64,000 nucleotides of DNA from Octopus sinensis (lineage: Eukaryota), in contig NC_043021.1 of NCBI RefSeq assembly GCF_006345805.1, positions 27,528,001 to 27,592,000 on the forward strand, in the 5' to 3' direction. Numbering within the stretch: position 1 is the stretch's first letter; the number at the start of each line of letters is the position of its first letter. A program made the position numbers and the translations under genes. Under the pieces are notes generated by a model. It was given only the letters and a program-made list of their open reading frames with translations, had not been told where the DNA came from and made no database searches. Of the stretch, positions 63,041-64,000 are shown in pieces.

Positions 63041-63339
63041 GAGTGAGAGAGCAGTACATGCCATCAAAGTGACACTGGGGTAACATATACGAAGTCCAGT
63101 ATACCCATTATGACTACCCGTCTGATAAGGGTACACTAGGCACATGCACCACAACCATATGTGCGCGACATGGTGATCTCATACTAAGATAAACAGCACA
63201 TGACCTTGTAGGTGGGGCCCAGTTAGAATTTTCTTCTGGTCGAGTAACCAATTCTGCTCAAAAGGTCCCTGAATAAGGGTTGTTTGTACTGCGGGTTTGT
63301 ACTGTCTGTCATGTCAAAACAATCACTCCAGACTGACAG

Positions 63340-63990
63340 TTATTTACGCAATATGCGTGCAGTTCCAGGTAATGTCGACTTCTGTAATGTATCTAGATTA
63401 TAGGGTATATCTAAAGTTTCCAGATATTTCTTTAGATTGGGTAGTATTGATCCAAATGCTCCGATAATAACAGGGACAACCTTTATGCTTAACTCTCGTA
63501 GCTGCTACATCTTAGTAATCTCAATTCTCGGGTCTCCATATTTATCAATCTTTTCTCTTTCTTTCATGATAATATATTGATCTCCTGGCACTACCACGTC
63601 GATTATTAGGTACTCTTGTTTGCCCCTTCTAAAGGTTACTATGTCCGGTCTTCGGTCTTCTGACACCTTTTCAGTCTGGAAGGTAAAAATCTCAGAGGAT
63701 TCTTACCTTCCTTTTTACCTTATGTTGGTACCAAGCACCCGCTACTTAGTATCCATACTTCCGGCATGGTAGCCAGTGAAGGTTTTGTACTAATTTGTCA
63801 TGTCTGTGTTTCTACTCTATCTGCGCAAGATTTTCACAGGCACTAACAATATGTCACGCGTTCGACCCTCTCACCACATATTCTGCAGAGGTTCATTTCA
63901 CTTGTGTGGTATATGCCTCTTTTCACTGAGCTGGTATTCAATGTCTGATCCTGGGCACTCTTCCTGTAGAGCTTTTATACCTCTTCCTGT
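63340..63990 (-). mobile_element. R4/Dong-type LINE 3' fragment (RLE domain)
   Basis: The minus strand translates FQTEKVSEDRRPDIVTF..LIIDVVVPGD..KIDKY..VVPVIIGAFG..GTARILRK. Confidence 0.75.
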
Positions 63991-64000
63991 AGTACGTTTG

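Overview
This is AT-rich, microsatellite-dense eukaryotic DNA with one 100-N assembly gap (26355-26454). The SINE repertoire suggests a cephalopod, probably Octopus; that is inferred from repeat families, not proven. No host protein-coding gene, rRNA, true tRNA or CRISPR array is recognisable, and most ORF-track entries are translations of simple repeats. The window is mostly retroelement debris: several tRNA-headed SINE families, R4/Dong-type (REL) LINE fragments, an RTE fragment, L1/Tx1-clade fragments and Penelope-like (Neptune) elements. Main observations: (1) an ORF1-only, ~2.1 kb Tx1-like element (RRM-RRM-CCHC knuckle plus an unrecognised acidic C-terminal domain, no RT or endonuclease) has inserted three separate times at the same site between the A and B boxes of a CORE-SINE head, with locus-specific 15-16 bp TSDs at two loci. 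(2) A Tx1 ORF2 element is joined to (TATC)n arrays in both copies. (3) About ten hammerhead-ribozyme-like motifs occur in Penelope-type repeats, including a canonical one in a Neptune pseudo-LTR, a U3-A8 variant in a foldback mini-element, and one inside a tRNA-headed SINE-like element carrying a Penelope-type inverted 3' copy. All calls are from manual reading, and coordinates of degraded repeats are approximate.
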